Positions 1 to 16,324 of a DNA stretch of 64,000 bases are shown in pieces; position 1 is the stretch's first letter; every line of letters starts with the position of its first letter. The DNA lies in the NCBI GenBank assembly GCA_951406725.2, contig OX597821.1, positions 116,808,001-116,872,000 of the forward strand, in the 5' to 3' direction. The notes below the pieces were generated by a model. It was not told the origin of the DNA. It searched no databases and worked only from the letters and a program-made list of their open reading frames with translations. A program made the translations under genes and the position numbers. This DNA is from Octopus vulgaris. Its lineage: Eukaryota.

Positions 1-639
1 GCCACTTTCGGCCGTTTACAATCACTGTCAGTATGTATGAATACAATTATGTGCGTTGACTGCAGCATCAGAGTACTTTACTTCTTATTTCTAGCATTGT
101 AGGTGTTCTAACATCCTCTGTCATTTTTATTGACAATTACAATTTTCTTTCTTGGTATTACATTGCTAAACTGTTGCTTAATTTAATTAGATGTGTTATT
201 TGTTTGTATAAAATAACTTAATTTAATTGAATTTATCATTTAATAATGAAATTATTTAATTGTTCAATTTATTATTTTGGTTTCCATTTCTTATTTATAT
301 TTATATATATATAAAGTATGTACATTTTTATGTATGTGTAAGTGTACATATGTCCACGTGGTATGATTTCCAATATGTAGTATAGAGCTGGAACAGTTAA
401 TACAGTATAGATATCATTATTATAATAAAAACCACACACACACACACAAAGATCTTATGAAATACAGCTGCCAAGGCTTCTTTCATTTATCAAACTGATA
501 AAGATAAGACGGTTCAGTAACGGCGTTTGAATAAAACTCACATTTAGAAAAAGACACAGAGCTATCACAGGGAGATAATTAACTGCATTGGAAATATAAC
601 GAGTGCATTGTGAATATCAAAAATTACATAAACCAACAC

Positions 640-2060
640 CGGAATGCGTTCTGATGTGGCCGGTGATTTATCTTTAATTCCCGCCAAGATGTATTTTGTA
701 TAATGTGGACATGAAGAAATCTTGATGTGTCTAAAAGTTGAAAGATGGTTGTTGTATCTGAATTTAAATTATCCCTCCACAGATCCTACATAACATTTGG
801 TATCAGTTCGGCTCTTGGCATAGTTTGCCGACGCTTGTGCTTCATTAACAACGGAGGATATATTATGTGTCTGCCCTAGAGGAGATTTAGATTTAGCACT
901 GTATGTGGATCCAGGACAGATTCGATTTCTATACCTATGGTTGTTGGGAGAGTGATTATTTAATAAGAGTAAAGATTTTCTATCTATATTTGTTCCAACA
1001 TTTAGGGAGAAGAGTGGGGTGAACCACAAAATATTGCGGGGTCTAATCTTACTACTTGATGGTTGAGGAGGAGGAGGGTTATAAAATATTTTATCAATGA
1101 AGCGGCTATCCTGTGAAACATTATTATAATATGAGGATGGCTTTTCAGATATTTCTCCAAATGAAAACATGTTATTGATTTTCTGGCTAATGTTGGGAAT
1201 TTAGTTTCTAAATATAATAGGTAGGTGATAAAAGTATTTATTGATATATTTTACATTTTCTTTAGGCTCATAGGATTGGTCTTTAGGTCTAGGGAAACAT
1301 CTAATCCTTCAGTTTATTTAGGTTAGTGTGAACTGTTTTCGGAAGGAATCCATAGCGCAGCCTTCACAATTGTGCTACACTGCCAAAGCATTGTCCTAAT
1401 AAATACAAATACCTTGGTTAGAGAATTTAAATGGTTTGATATGTACAAACTAATCAAATCGCATATAAGGGTGTACTGAAAAGTGCCTGGCTTTAAGGGA
1501 GGCCCAATCTTCCGAGTTGTTTTCCAACGCTTAAGAACAACTGAAGGACCGCTGCAATAAGTGTGTGGGTCTAAGAGAGAAATCGGCTGAATAAAATCAT
1601 AATTAACTGATTCTCCGGTATTTTCTTTTACCCAAAGCCAAAAACTTTTCCGCGCCCTCTCGTATATCTGCGCTTTTATCTGAGCACATTGGGATATCAA
1701 ATAGTTCACAAGTGTTATCATTTTTAGCTTGAACAGATCCGCCACAAAATAACGGCGTTTTACAAGTGTTCGTAATGAGGCGTATTTCTTGCTCATCAAT
1801 GATTACAAATAGACGCGCAAACGGCAATGCATTACGCAGCAGGGATTCGGATATTGACGGATAGAAATTCACAATGTCATAAAGTGTGAATTTTGCTTTT
1901 CTTGTATTGTGGTAGGACTGGAACCAACATATCACCGAGAAGATATCTGTCCATAGCAACGGGTTGGAAGATGCCTTAATTTTATTATTACTTGTCCTTA
2001 GCATTTTGGGCTCACTAAACCTAGCTCTGTCTTTGTCGGGTTGATTAGTTGGCATTTTGG
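640..2060 (-). mobile_element. Degenerate Penelope-like retroelement (RT + C-terminal GIY-YIG endonuclease), pseudogenised
   Basis: Minus-strand frames give YDIVNFYPSISESLLRNAL, FDIPMCSDKSADI|CDLISLYI (= FDVTMGSYDGAEVCELVGLY), a decayed catalytic Y*DN, RNILWFTPLFSLNVGTNI and KCYVGSVEG*FKFRYNNHLSTFRH. These are PLE RT, linker and GIY-YIG motifs, with stops and frameshifts. Confidence 0.88.
1466..1664 (+). mobile_element. Mariner-derived MITE inserted in the PLE RT
   Basis: Imperfect TIRs (agggtgtactgaaaagtgcctggcttt / aaagccaaaaacttttccgcgccctct) with TA flanks and an internal remnant of a mariner transposase C-terminus. A second copy lies at 39116-39339. Confidence 0.85.
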
Positions 2061-2557
2061 TTAGGTTTAGGATATTTCAGTAAGGACTAAGTAAGGATCA
2101 GATACTGAAATAGTTTGGAATCGAAGGGCCCCACAACTGGTTGTTAATATCTTACAAAAAAAAAAAATCAGAAAGATCTACATGGAGTTGGGATACATAT
2201 TTCTAAGAAGCACCTTGACTTTCTTCTTTCCAAGGTCCCAGGTGAACCTATATCACAATGAGAGAGTCAAATGAAGGCAACAATATCAAACTCTCTCATC
2301 CGTGAAAAGCCAACCATATGAGAATGGCCACTGAAAAAGTGGGCGGGGAGGGGGACTGAAAAAGCGGTGCCCAAATATGGCCGCAAACTTTGGCCTGGTA
2401 CATGGCAGACTTCGACTTTTTTTTTATCCAAAGATTTCTTTTAATCCAATATTTACTCACAACTATGTATAGATTTATCAGTTTCGAGTTAAACCGTTCC
2501 AAAAAAGAATTATTTCATGTTCTCTCGAAGTTTCCAAATTTGTATGAGGTCAACTAG

Positions 2558-3135
<578 letters not shown>

Positions 3136-3260
3136 CAACAGCAATAACGGAAATGTTATTACTAATATATATAAATCGCATTTATAAAATTCTTAATCCT
3201 TTCTCCTCTTCCGCTTCACGCTCCCCCCCACCCACTTTTCTATTTCTTCCTCGCCATTTT

Positions 3261-3295
<35 letters not shown>

Positions 3296-3311
3296 GAATT
3301 CTTTGTCGTGT

Positions 3312-3545
3312 TTATCTGTTACTTGTTTCGATCGTTGGAGCACGGCCATGTTGGGGGCACCGCCTTGAAGGGTTCTAGTAGGACAAATCGACCCCTCCAG
3401 TACTTATTTTCAAAGTTAAGTCTCAAACTGGTACTTAGTCTAGCGTTCTCTTTTGCCGGACCGCTTGGTTACGAGGACGTGTACAAACCAACACTGGTTG
3501 TCAAACGACGGGGTGGGGGCAAACACAGACACAAAAACAAGCACA
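3312..3545 (-). mobile_element. SINE family A, 3' half
   Basis: Matches the 3' module of the full copies at 23827 and 55243 (ggcggtgctccagcatggccgcag...gaaacaagtaa). Confidence 0.75.
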
Positions 3546-3548
3546 TCG

Positions 3549-3615
<67 letters not shown>

Positions 3616-3628
3616 CACACACACATAA

Positions 3629-3711
<83 letters not shown>

Positions 3712-3712
3712 T

Positions 3713-4045
3713 GTTTCTTTATTAGCCACACAGGGCTGCACACAGACGGGACAGATTACAAAGTAGGGCTTTTCTTTATGGGGAGAAAAAAAAGTGGGGT
3801 AGGTTTCGATCAAAAGGGATCGCAAAGGGAAAGAAAAGAAAAAAAGGAAAGAAAAGAAAAAAAGAAAAAAACGTTCAATAGGGATCGTGTATCACAGAAA
3901 TGTCATGATGTTAAGTGTAAAGGGGGAAGCAGATAGGGTTTATCCGTGGAAAGAAAAGCCCACGGAAAAGACCACGGTAACCTCGGTCAATATTGTCACA
4001 TGTTAACACATTTATTCGCAAGTAAGTAACTCTCTGTTTTAAATT
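3713..4045 (-). mobile_element. Probable LINE 3' UTR fragment ending in ...gccctgtgtggctaataaagaaac, abutting (TAGA)n
   Basis: Pyrimidine-rich minus-strand tail with terminal AATAAA followed by a microsatellite. The terminus resembles the SINE-B tail. Confidence 0.55.
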
Positions 4046-4058
4046 TATATATATATAT

Positions 4059-4143
<85 letters not shown>

Positions 4144-4244
4144 CGTAACAGAGCAAATTTTAGCCATTTCTCCGCAGACGGAAAAGATGATGAACCTTAA
4201 TCAATTTTCAAACCTTACTGGGTCCTCATCAGTGGCGTCTATAT

Positions 4245-4351
<107 letters not shown>

Positions 4352-4361
4352 TATATACATT

Positions 4362-5765
<1,404 letters not shown>

Positions 5766-5905
5766 GCATCCATATACATACATACATACATACATACATA
5801 CATACATACATACATACATACATACATACATACATACATAAATACATACATACATACATACATACATACATACATACATACATACATACATACATACATT
5901 CACAC

Positions 5906-6065
5906 ATACGACGGACTTCGTCAGTTTCCGTCTATCAAATTCTCCCAAAATGCATTGGGCGGACCTGCTTTTTCTGTAGAAGACACTTTCCCAAGGTACC
6001 ACGCAGTGGGATTGAACTCCAAACCACGTTCTTGTAAAGCGATCTTCTTAACCAGAGAACCATTC
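5906..6065 (-). mobile_element. SINE family A, 5' half
   Basis: tRNA-like head plus the ccttgggaaagtgtcttc box. Confidence 0.75.
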
Positions 6066-6260
6066 CTTTACCTGATTAAGCACTCATTCCCCATCGCGTT
6101 CGAAGAGTTCTCCAAGTACTGCCCAACTTCTCAATTGCTATAACTATATATAAACCATCAGCAACCATCGCTCATCCTAAATATATTCATAGAGGCAGAC
6201 ATATTTTCTCGCATTCTTTACATTCTTAAGCGCATGTTCAACATGCACATACGGACACAC

Positions 6261-6307
<47 letters not shown>

Positions 6308-6477
6308 CACACACACACACACACCTGCAGTCATATATACTCGCACACATTCATACCCGCGAACATTCGCGTACCCAGAGACACGCTCCATTTTCAAATT
6401 ATAGCATTTCAGCAGAATCTAGTTTACATGGCTCTGAGCATTAATTTCTGAGACAACACGGGAGAGGAGGCATATGT

Positions 6478-6599
<122 letters not shown>

Positions 6600-6688
6600 A
6601 GTGTGTGTGTATATGTGTGTCAGTACCTATGTATGCATACATGTATGTATATATGTCTGTACATATCACTCTCTCTCTCTCTACCTCC

Positions 6689-6734
<46 letters not shown>

Positions 6735-6956
6735 GCCAGAATGAAAGGCGGACGTTAAACGATGATATGTATGTATGTATGTATGTATATACTTAAGCAC
6801 AAATGTATGTTTGTCCCGCGGTGTCTCCTTTTTGTGCTCATTGCCCTTTAATATATATATAAAAATATAAATAAATAAATAAATATATATATATTTTTTT
6901 TTTTTTGTACTTGTTTCAGTCATTTGACTGCGGCCATGCTGGAGCACCGCCTTTAG

Positions 6957-7123
6957 AGTGGTGAAAGAGTACAGCAGGGATCACCACCATCCCCTGCCGG
7001 AGCCTCGTGGAGCTTTTAGGTGTTTTCGCTCAATAAACACACACAACGCCCGGTCTGGGAATCGAAACCGCGATCCTCCGACCGCAAGTCCGCTGCCCTA
7101 ACCACTCGGCCATTGCGCCTCCA
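6957..7123 (-). mobile_element. SINE family C head (tRNA-derived)
   Basis: gtggaggcgcaatggccgagtggttagggcagcggac...ggtttcgattccc with Pol III A/B boxes. Confidence 0.85.
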
Positions 7124-7137
7124 CATATATATATATA

Positions 7138-7717
<580 letters not shown>

Positions 7718-7860
7718 GTATGTATATGTATATGTATATGTATATATCGCCGGGGTCGACTTTGCCCTTCATCCTTTCGGAGTCGATAAAATAAGTACCA
7801 TTTTAATACTGGAGTCGATGTAATCCCCCGAAATTACTGGCCTTGTGCCAAAATTTGGGA

Positions 7861-7893
<33 letters not shown>

Positions 7894-8278
7894 TGAAACC
7901 ATTTATACATGTATGTATGTATGTATAGGTATAGACACACACGTACGCACGCACATTCACATATACAGAGAATGAAAGAAAGATAAGGAAAAAGAGAGAG
8001 AAAGAGAGAATAAGAAGACTTATGCAAGGGACGATGTCTGGATTTCAACTGATTTCATTTATCTTCCATGATTTACAATTTCCTCCGCTTCTAACAGCAC
8101 CACCGCCATCACACACACCCAGACCGTGTTCTCTTTGTTTACTGCCTGTCTGTCTCTCTCTCTCTTTCTTAGACGCCATCTTTCTCTCCCACGGAATTAA
8201 CAAACGAATACGGAGACAACTATCCGGATATCTGTGCTAATTGAATGCATCCATATGCATAGATAGATAGAAAGACAG

Positions 8279-8322
<44 letters not shown>

Positions 8323-8441
8323 TGAAAGAGAGAGAGAGAAAGAAAGACGGGAAAACATACAGATATATATATAGAAAAATATATATATGTATGTTTGTAT
8401 GTATGCGTGTATGTGTATATATGTGTGTATGTATATATTTA

Positions 8442-8670
8442 TTTCTTTATTGGCCACAGGGGGTTAAACATAGAGGGGACAAACAAGGACAGACAAGGGG
8501 ATTAAGCCGAATACATCGACTCCAGTGCGTAACTGGTACTTATTTAATCGACCCCGAAAGGATGAAAGGCAAAGTCGACCTCGGCGGAATTTGAACTCAG
8601 AACGTAAAAACAGACGAAATACTGCTAAGCATTTCGCCCTGCATGCTAACGTTTCTGCCAGCTCAACGCT
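8442..8670 (-). mobile_element. SINE family B
   Basis: tRNA-like head plus gcctttcatcctttcggggtcgattaaataagtaccagt core and a tail ending aataaagaaat. Confidence 0.88.
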
Positions 8671-8983
8671 TTACATATATATTAATAATGGTATATTTTA
8701 TAAGCTTAAAGGTTATAGCGACCAGTGTGCAAATGAGTCAGGAAAATAGTCTAATAATGGGGTATATAAGCCCCCGACAGAAGAAAAATAGGCTTTCCCG
8801 TACTCGTAGTCGCATGAACAAAGGGGTGTGGGTTCGCATTCCATGTTTTCGGGAAAGCCTACTTTTTCATGCCCAATTATTAGACTATTTTCTTTAGTTA
8901 TTTACAAGCTTTAAGCTTCTAAAAAAACATGCCACTATTATTATTATTTACAGAATTGTTAAACTCGACACCGCTTAACAAAA

Positions 8984-9039
<56 letters not shown>

Positions 9040-9041
<2 letters not shown>

Positions 9042-9249
9042 CAAAATTAAGGAACGGCCATAATAGGCCGTTCAACCCACTAGAAATAGCAGCTAAGGCT
9101 TCAACTGCAAAAAAGTATAAATTCCGTAAACAAGGAGAAAATTTAAAAACATTCTCCTTGTTTACGGAATTAATACTTTTGCGGTTGAAGCCTTAGCTGC
9201 TATTTCTAGTGGGTTGAACGGCCTATTATGGCCGTTCCTTAATTTTGCT
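9040..9249. repeat. Near-perfect 210-bp palindrome (fold-back)
   Basis: About 98-bp arms, agcaaaattaaggaacggcc...caaggagaa / ttctccttg...ggccgttccttaattttgct, with only a few mismatches or indels. Confidence 0.95.
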
Positions 9250-9345
9250 GTTGAATTTATTAATAGTCTCTGACTATTTCCTTTTTCCCACTAGACCGCT
9301 GGTGGCTAATAATTTCTGGTGAATTTTTTGCTACCCTATATTGAT

Positions 9346-9399
<54 letters not shown>

Positions 9400-9427
9400 T
9401 ATATATATATATGTATGCGAATGGTTT

Positions 9428-9494
<67 letters not shown>

Positions 9495-9569
9495 TGTATA
9501 TGTGTATGTGTGTCTGTCTGTATGTATGGCTGGCTTGATGTTTGTTTTTCGGTAAATTTCAACTATATA

Positions 9570-9647
<78 letters not shown>

Positions 9648-9762
9648 AATATATCTTTCTGTCTTTTTCTCTCATATATTTACAGACACACACACATGTG
9701 TATATTGTATGTATGTATGTATGTATGTATGTATGTATGTATGTATGTATAGACAAAGAGAC

Positions 9763-10168
<406 letters not shown>

Positions 10169-10546
10169 ATGAAAGTGTGCAGAAAGAAATCTTTTTTTAT
10201 GGATGTTAGCAGAGGTCGTCTGCATTCGTAGCAAAAAAAAAAAAAAAAAAAGGAAAAAAAGTAACAGAAAAGTAAAATGTAAAAAAAAAACAAAAAGGCA
10301 AAAGCAAAACCGAAAGCAGCCGACAATCAGTCAACATTGCATACCTTACGATGCTTTTGGCAGCGAGCCAGAGTTGATCCATGATAGGTAGGACTATCAT
10401 TAGATTGCGGGCAAATAATCTATGGCTCACCAAACAGACTTACGAAACTATTTCAACTGAGAACACACAGCTTCGACTTAGCTGCCTCCACCTCTCCATA
10501 CCGCCATTTGCATACACAAATGCGTTTACGTACGTATGTATGTATG

Positions 10547-10597
<51 letters not shown>

Positions 10598-10867
10598 ATG
10601 TTTATACGTACAGACAGACATACACACAACGCATATAAACTAATATAGATGTAAGACTAATACACGAAAAATAGATACACAAGGAAATAGGAATAAAAAA
10701 ATAGGTAGGTTGGGATTGACACATTGACTCACAAACACAACACACACACACGCACACACACGCGCACGCACGCACACGCGCACGCACGCGCGCGCACACA
10801 CACACGTGTATACACGTATGTATGAACCTTTGCACGGATTAGTGTGTGTGTGCGTGTGTGTATGTTG

Positions 10868-11290
10868 AACTTTTACTTGTTACGGTCATTGGACGGCGCC
10901 CATGCTGGGGTATTTAGCCTTGAAGGGTTTTGGCGAACAATTCGACTCCAGTACTTAATTTTTACATCACGGCTGGTTCTTATTTTGTCTGTTCCTTTTG
11001 CCGGACCGCTAAGTTGTGAGGACGTAAACAAACCAACAGTAGTTGTCAAGCGGAGTAGCGGGGGGGGGACAAACACAAGAACAAAGACAGACACACGCAC
11101 ACAGACGCACACACACACACACACACGCATACGACAGGCTTCCACACAGTTTCCGTCTACCTGATTCACTCACAAGGCATTGATCAGCCTGGGACTATAA
11201 TAGAAGGCACTTGGCCAAGGCACAGTGCCGCGCAGTGGGATTGAACCTTAAAGCATGTAGCTGCAAGCGAGCTTCTTAACCACATAACCT
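10868..11290 (-). mobile_element. SINE family A (older copy)
   Basis: Both modules and the internal (CA)n spacer are recognisable. Confidence 0.8.
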
Positions 11291-11404
11291 TGTCGTGAAT
11301 ATTTGTAAGTTTTTGACAATTAATCGATTGACCTTTCTTAGGCTACGATTTTGGATATCTGAGTTTGTAGCAGCAGTTTTATAGAGGGTTAATTACCGTT
11401 GCGT

Positions 11405-11700
11405 GAAGGAGCGAGGCCTAGTGGTTTGGGTGTTGCCCTCCTGGTCGCAAGATACTAGTTTCGATTCGCGGACCGAGCGGCGTGTTATATTCTTGAGCAA
11501 AACACTTAATTTCCCGTTCCGCTTGTCCACGTAAATGGGTAACCCTGCGATAAACTATCATTCTGATCATGGGATAAGTTGGTCTGATACCCTAGCCAGC
11601 AGGATGGCATCATTCAAAAGCTTAAACGATGCAAAGCGCATTGCAACCAGCGATGTAAAACAACATTTGATCGTCTGGTCGATCACGTGATCATGTGAAT
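11405..11700 (+). mobile_element. SINE family D (tRNA head + cttgagcaaaacactt box)
   Basis: A/B-box-like head related to the copies at 40838, 41338 and 46480. Confidence 0.65.
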
Positions 11701-13622
11701 AATTGTTGTGGGTTGAAGTATTAGTATTTTATGACCCTGAAGATAAAAGCCATTGTTTGTGATGCAGTCTATCATTTGAAGTGCTCCTGAGCGTTCATAT
11801 TTAGAGAGGATAAAGAGATGCGATCATGTTTTCGTGATTGGTGTAGTGACTGTGAGTGTTGTTGAAACAAGATCTGTATGACCCCCATTGGAGGTTAATT
11901 TCGAAGTGTTTGTTCATGGAATTGGTACAAGGTTGACGAGAAATGTTTACCGTATTTACCTGCGTATAAGAAGCGTGATAATTTATTTCTATTTTCAACT
12001 GCATCCAAAAATTGCCTTCCGTCTGATGACCATGTTACTGCTAGAAGACCTAGTGCCATAAACTGGGAAACCAAATTAGCATAATCCTGTTAGGAACAAT
12101 AAATATTGGTAATAATAAGTTGAAAACAAACCAAATTATCGCAGTCTTTTAGCACAAACGAAGGCTTGTAGTTATGTGGGGAAATCACATCATCTCATTA
12201 CACCGTCTTCCCACTTTACATAATCCACACCTGGCTTATAATTTTATATTATTTAATGACTGTATTACTTTAAGAAACATTTTCTGTTTTTAATAATCAA
12301 AATGACACATTTGCCAAGAGAAACGAAAGGCAACGGATGATTGGCAACAAAACCATAGCGGGTGGCGTGCCACTCTGGTGGTCGACCACGGTCACATGAA
12401 ACATAATAGGTAGGTTATTTTCTTCACCAAAATATAGACACAGTTCATCTGAGTGAAGATAAATTTGATATACGGTGTTGATATAACGGAATTTGTTTAT
12501 GATAAAATTATTGTTTCATTTCATCCAGTATACTGTCACAATATTGTACTTAGACACAGAATCAGACATTTTTCTCAAATTTCAGTAGATATATGAGGAA
12601 ACGTAATAATATTTTTTTTTTCTTTTTCCCCTGCAAAATATTGCCGTAAAATAGTGCTTCTTGTACGAGAGTAGGTTTTATAGGTCGATAAATACGGCAG
12701 GTTGCATGTAGATGGCGCTTGGGCACGAAAAGTCGGGGAAGAATGAAAGACAGTATCATCTGTGTAGGAGTGAGTGTTATTGGGTGTGGTGGCCCGTACA
12801 TCCCCGCCTATCTCGCCCGCAATTTACATCACCGGAAATGCTTAGAAACGAAACAAATTACGACGCAAAAATTTATCTAGAAGCCAGCAACGACAAAATG
12901 GCTTATAAATTCATTAAATTGGAAAACTATTTTGGAAAAAATTGAGGCCCACAGGGAACATTTCAACGGTTCTGTAGTCTCTTATATTAGAGACATTATG
13001 TCTGAAAAACGTTGACTGCATAATTGGGGTTGGAATTCCTTTGATTATAGGTTTATGTCTGCTCGGGATAACAAGCGAACCTAAAACCTAAAACAATTAG
13101 CGAAAAAAGCCGTACTCACCTTATGAGAGACGGCTGACTTCACTGATAAAGTTAGTATTTTTAGGATTAATAGATTGGACGCAGATCATCAATATATCCG
13201 TCGAAAGTCGAAAATAGTATGGACTCGGTTAGAAGCGATTCTTTCAAAGCTAATACTGTTGTGCTGGCATCGAGCCTTCTCACTTTTTCCGGGGTCATGA
13301 AACGTTTTTGGTGCAGCCGTTTTGGTGACACCAATCAATGCACTAAATATTGCTGTGGTGCGATTTTGTGGTATGAGCAGAATCTTCGACTGATCACAGA
13401 TCAAACCGTGAAAAGCACAATATTGTTCGCGATTGAGAATAACGTGTTATCTCAGATCAGTGATGAATGAATCAGTGAAAAACGAGGCTACATGTATTAA
13501 TCTGTTTTAGAAACACATGCAGAATTGTTTCCTCGTTTATTTTATGGTACGTAACGTAATTCAAACTATACACAGCTGTTGTGTTCGAAAATCTGTTGTT
13601 ATTTAATGCTATACCTGTCTAG

Positions 13623-14055
13623 TACATACATACATACATACATACATACATACATACATACATACATACATACATACATACATACATACATACATACATA
13701 CATACATACATACATACATACATACATACATACATACATACATACATGCATGCATGCATCCATACATACATACATACATACATACATACATACATACATA
13801 CATACATACATACATACATACATACATACATACATACATACATACATACATACACACATACATACATACATACATACATACATAAATACATACATACATA
13901 CATAGATACATACATACATACATACATACATACATACATACATACATACATACATACATACATGCATACATACATACATACATACATACATACATACATA
14001 CATACATACATACATACATACATACATACATACATACATACATACATACATACAC
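13623..14055. repeat. (TACA)n microsatellite, about 430 bp
   Basis: Directly visible. Confidence 0.97.
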
Positions 14056-14169
14056 GCGAGCGCGGGCGCAAGACCAGTTACTCGGTTTCCATGGCGTATA
14101 GGAGATGGAGATTTTAACATTCCTCTGGACAGGACGCAGGTTTCAAAGCCAGCGATTTGAGAAGAAGAA

Positions 14170-15510
14170 GACAAATCGATTACTGATCCCCGTACTTTAA
14201 TTTATCGACCCCGATGGGATGAAAGGCAAAATTGACCTCTGTTTGAACTCAGAACGTAAAGAGACGAAATAAATGCCGCAAGTCATTTTGGCCGGCATAT
14301 TAACGATTCTGTCAGCCTGCCACCTTCGACCAATGAATAACATCATTTAATCATAGATACTGGAAATATGAAGAATTTCGGTTGTAATTTCCTCTCTTAG
14401 ATAAATTATATTTATTCAGAATAGCTAAGAATTTAGTCACATACACTAAAACTTTTTATAGATCACAGCAAAGTTGGTATTTTTCCTACATTCTATAGAA
14501 AACTTCAGCCAGTGAAAACTATGGAAGTATTTGTTGTTTTTCTTGCGTTTAATTACTTCTATTATCAACTAGCTGCAGACAGAACTGACGATGGTCAGAA
14601 CTGACCATAGACAGAACTGACCGTAGACGGAAGCAAGAATCTAATACTGAAACGTCGAACCAATCTATGAGTTTAAATCTCACCGAAACCAACTTTGCTT
14701 TTCATTTTCTGGCGTCGATAGAATATAGAAAAGGGTTCCATTTAATCGATTAACTTACTCGACCCCTTTCACAGCTGTGGCCTTATTCCTAATTCAGAAA
14801 TTATTATTGGTAAGGGGAAAAGGGCAGTGAACAGGTAAAACCGTCAGCGTTTCGGCTAAAATGCTTAGCTGTATTTCGTCCGTCTTTACGTTCTGTGTTC
14901 AAATTCAGCCAAAGTCGTCTGTCATCATTTCGGGGTCCATGAAATAAATAACAACAGTTGAACACTAGGGTCCATGTAATCGATTAGCCCCCTCCCAACG
15001 AAATTTCAAGCCTTGTACCTATAGCAGAGAAGATTATTAATAAGGGGACTAAGTCAGCGTTACAGTGTCAAGCAAAATGGTTAGTGACATTTCTTCCGGA
15101 TTTTTACGTTCTGATCTCAAATCCTGCGGAGACCAACTTTGCTTTTCATCCTTTCGGGGTCGATAAAGTAAAGTACCAGTAAAGTACTGGAGTCGATGTA
15201 ATCGACTAGCGCTCTTGCCCTCTCCCTTAAAGCTGTTGGTCATGTACCAAAATTTAAAACCATTATTAGTAAGAGCAGTGGAGTAGTAGTAAAGTTAAAG
15301 CGTCAGATTAAAAACCTTACGGTATTTAGTTCTGGCCCTTTAAGTTGTAGGTTCAAATCTCAACTGTGGTCAATTTGCCTTTCATCTTCCAGGAGACGAT
15401 GAAATAAATCACGACTCGAGAACTAGGTTTCTTATAGTCAACTATTGTTCCAGTATCATCTTCCACATTAAAATTTGTAGACTTGTGCCTATGCTAAAAA
15501 CCATTAATTG
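14170..15510. mobile_element. Cluster of SINE-B copies (one minus at 14170-14328; about four head-to-tail plus copies at 14670-15510)
   Basis: Repeated ttcaaat...ctttgc(c/t)tttcatc...cgata(a)aa core separated by attattat spacers. Confidence 0.78.
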
Positions 15511-15961
15511 CTTCCAAGATGGGAACGCTCCATAGTTTTTAAGTGCCTTTCCCAAGAATTCCTATATCTCATTCTTAGGGCGTCTAAAATCGTCATGCAC
15601 GCTGTCTGTACTCATCAACAAGGAAAGTAAATACTCTCTCGTGGTTTTGTCAGAGGTTAGCTATGTCTGTAAGCAAAAATCGGATTTATAAAGCTATACA
15701 GGAAGCCAATCGGCATCTGTGACGTCAATTACGATCATCCTTAATTCTTCTATGAAATATGATACGGTAAATTTCGGAAACAAGAACGTTCAGAGTAGCA
15801 GAAAACCCAAACTAAAGGCCCTTTTGAAAGTTGCTAGACACTATATAAAACTGCCGACAACTCGTTTGTTTGTTTATGTCAGCTACTACCATTTCGAAAT
15901 TATAACTGCATCTTTTAGACTTGGCTGCTCCCACGTCGTGCGATGCATGGGGCTGTGAAAC

Positions 15962-16324
15962 TGTAGCGGCACAAGCAGCCAGCGCCATATTGAATGAGAT
16001 CTCGCGGCAGCCATTGCCATCTCCCAGACTGGAGCGAGACCTCACCTGCATCCATTTGCTATGCGCGAGATCACAACGAGGCTCGCGATGGAGAAAACTA
16101 TATAAACGGGAAACCGATTCAGACCAGCCTCTTCTTTGGCACCACAACACAGCAGCACTGGCTGAACAATACCACTGGCTGTGGTCTTCTGTCTGTCTAT
16201 CTGTCGGAGCTTAAGGTGGTAGCTGAGAGTAGCACACTTCAACTTTCCTGTAAATAAACCAGTTGTAAATAGCAGTTGTACTTGAAGTCTTTTCTCTCTT
16301 CGCTTGCCGAAAGCCTGAACTACA
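15962..16324 (+). mobile_element. Putative solo LTR
   Basis: TGTAG...CTACA termini, internal TATATAAA (~16098) and AATAAA (~16253) in LTR order. The flanks gaaac/taaag match only 3/5. Confidence 0.55.

Noticed and set aside
1-35. Possible hammerhead at the PLE 3' side (minus: CUGACAG...GAAA)
   Set aside because: The core and stem II do not fit, and it is truncated by the window edge.
11960-12086. Resemblance of the exon peptide to a CTP synthase/glutamine amidotransferase C-terminus
   Set aside because: Only scattered residues match; there is no HPE motif and no further exons.
13219-13470. 83-aa Cys-containing plus-strand ORF
   Set aside because: No homology, signal peptide or splice support that I can recognise.
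14581-14660. CUGACGA-ggucag/cugacc...GAAACGUC hammerhead-like text
   Set aside because: GAAA does not follow stem II; better explained as a short tandem repeat of agacagaactgacc.
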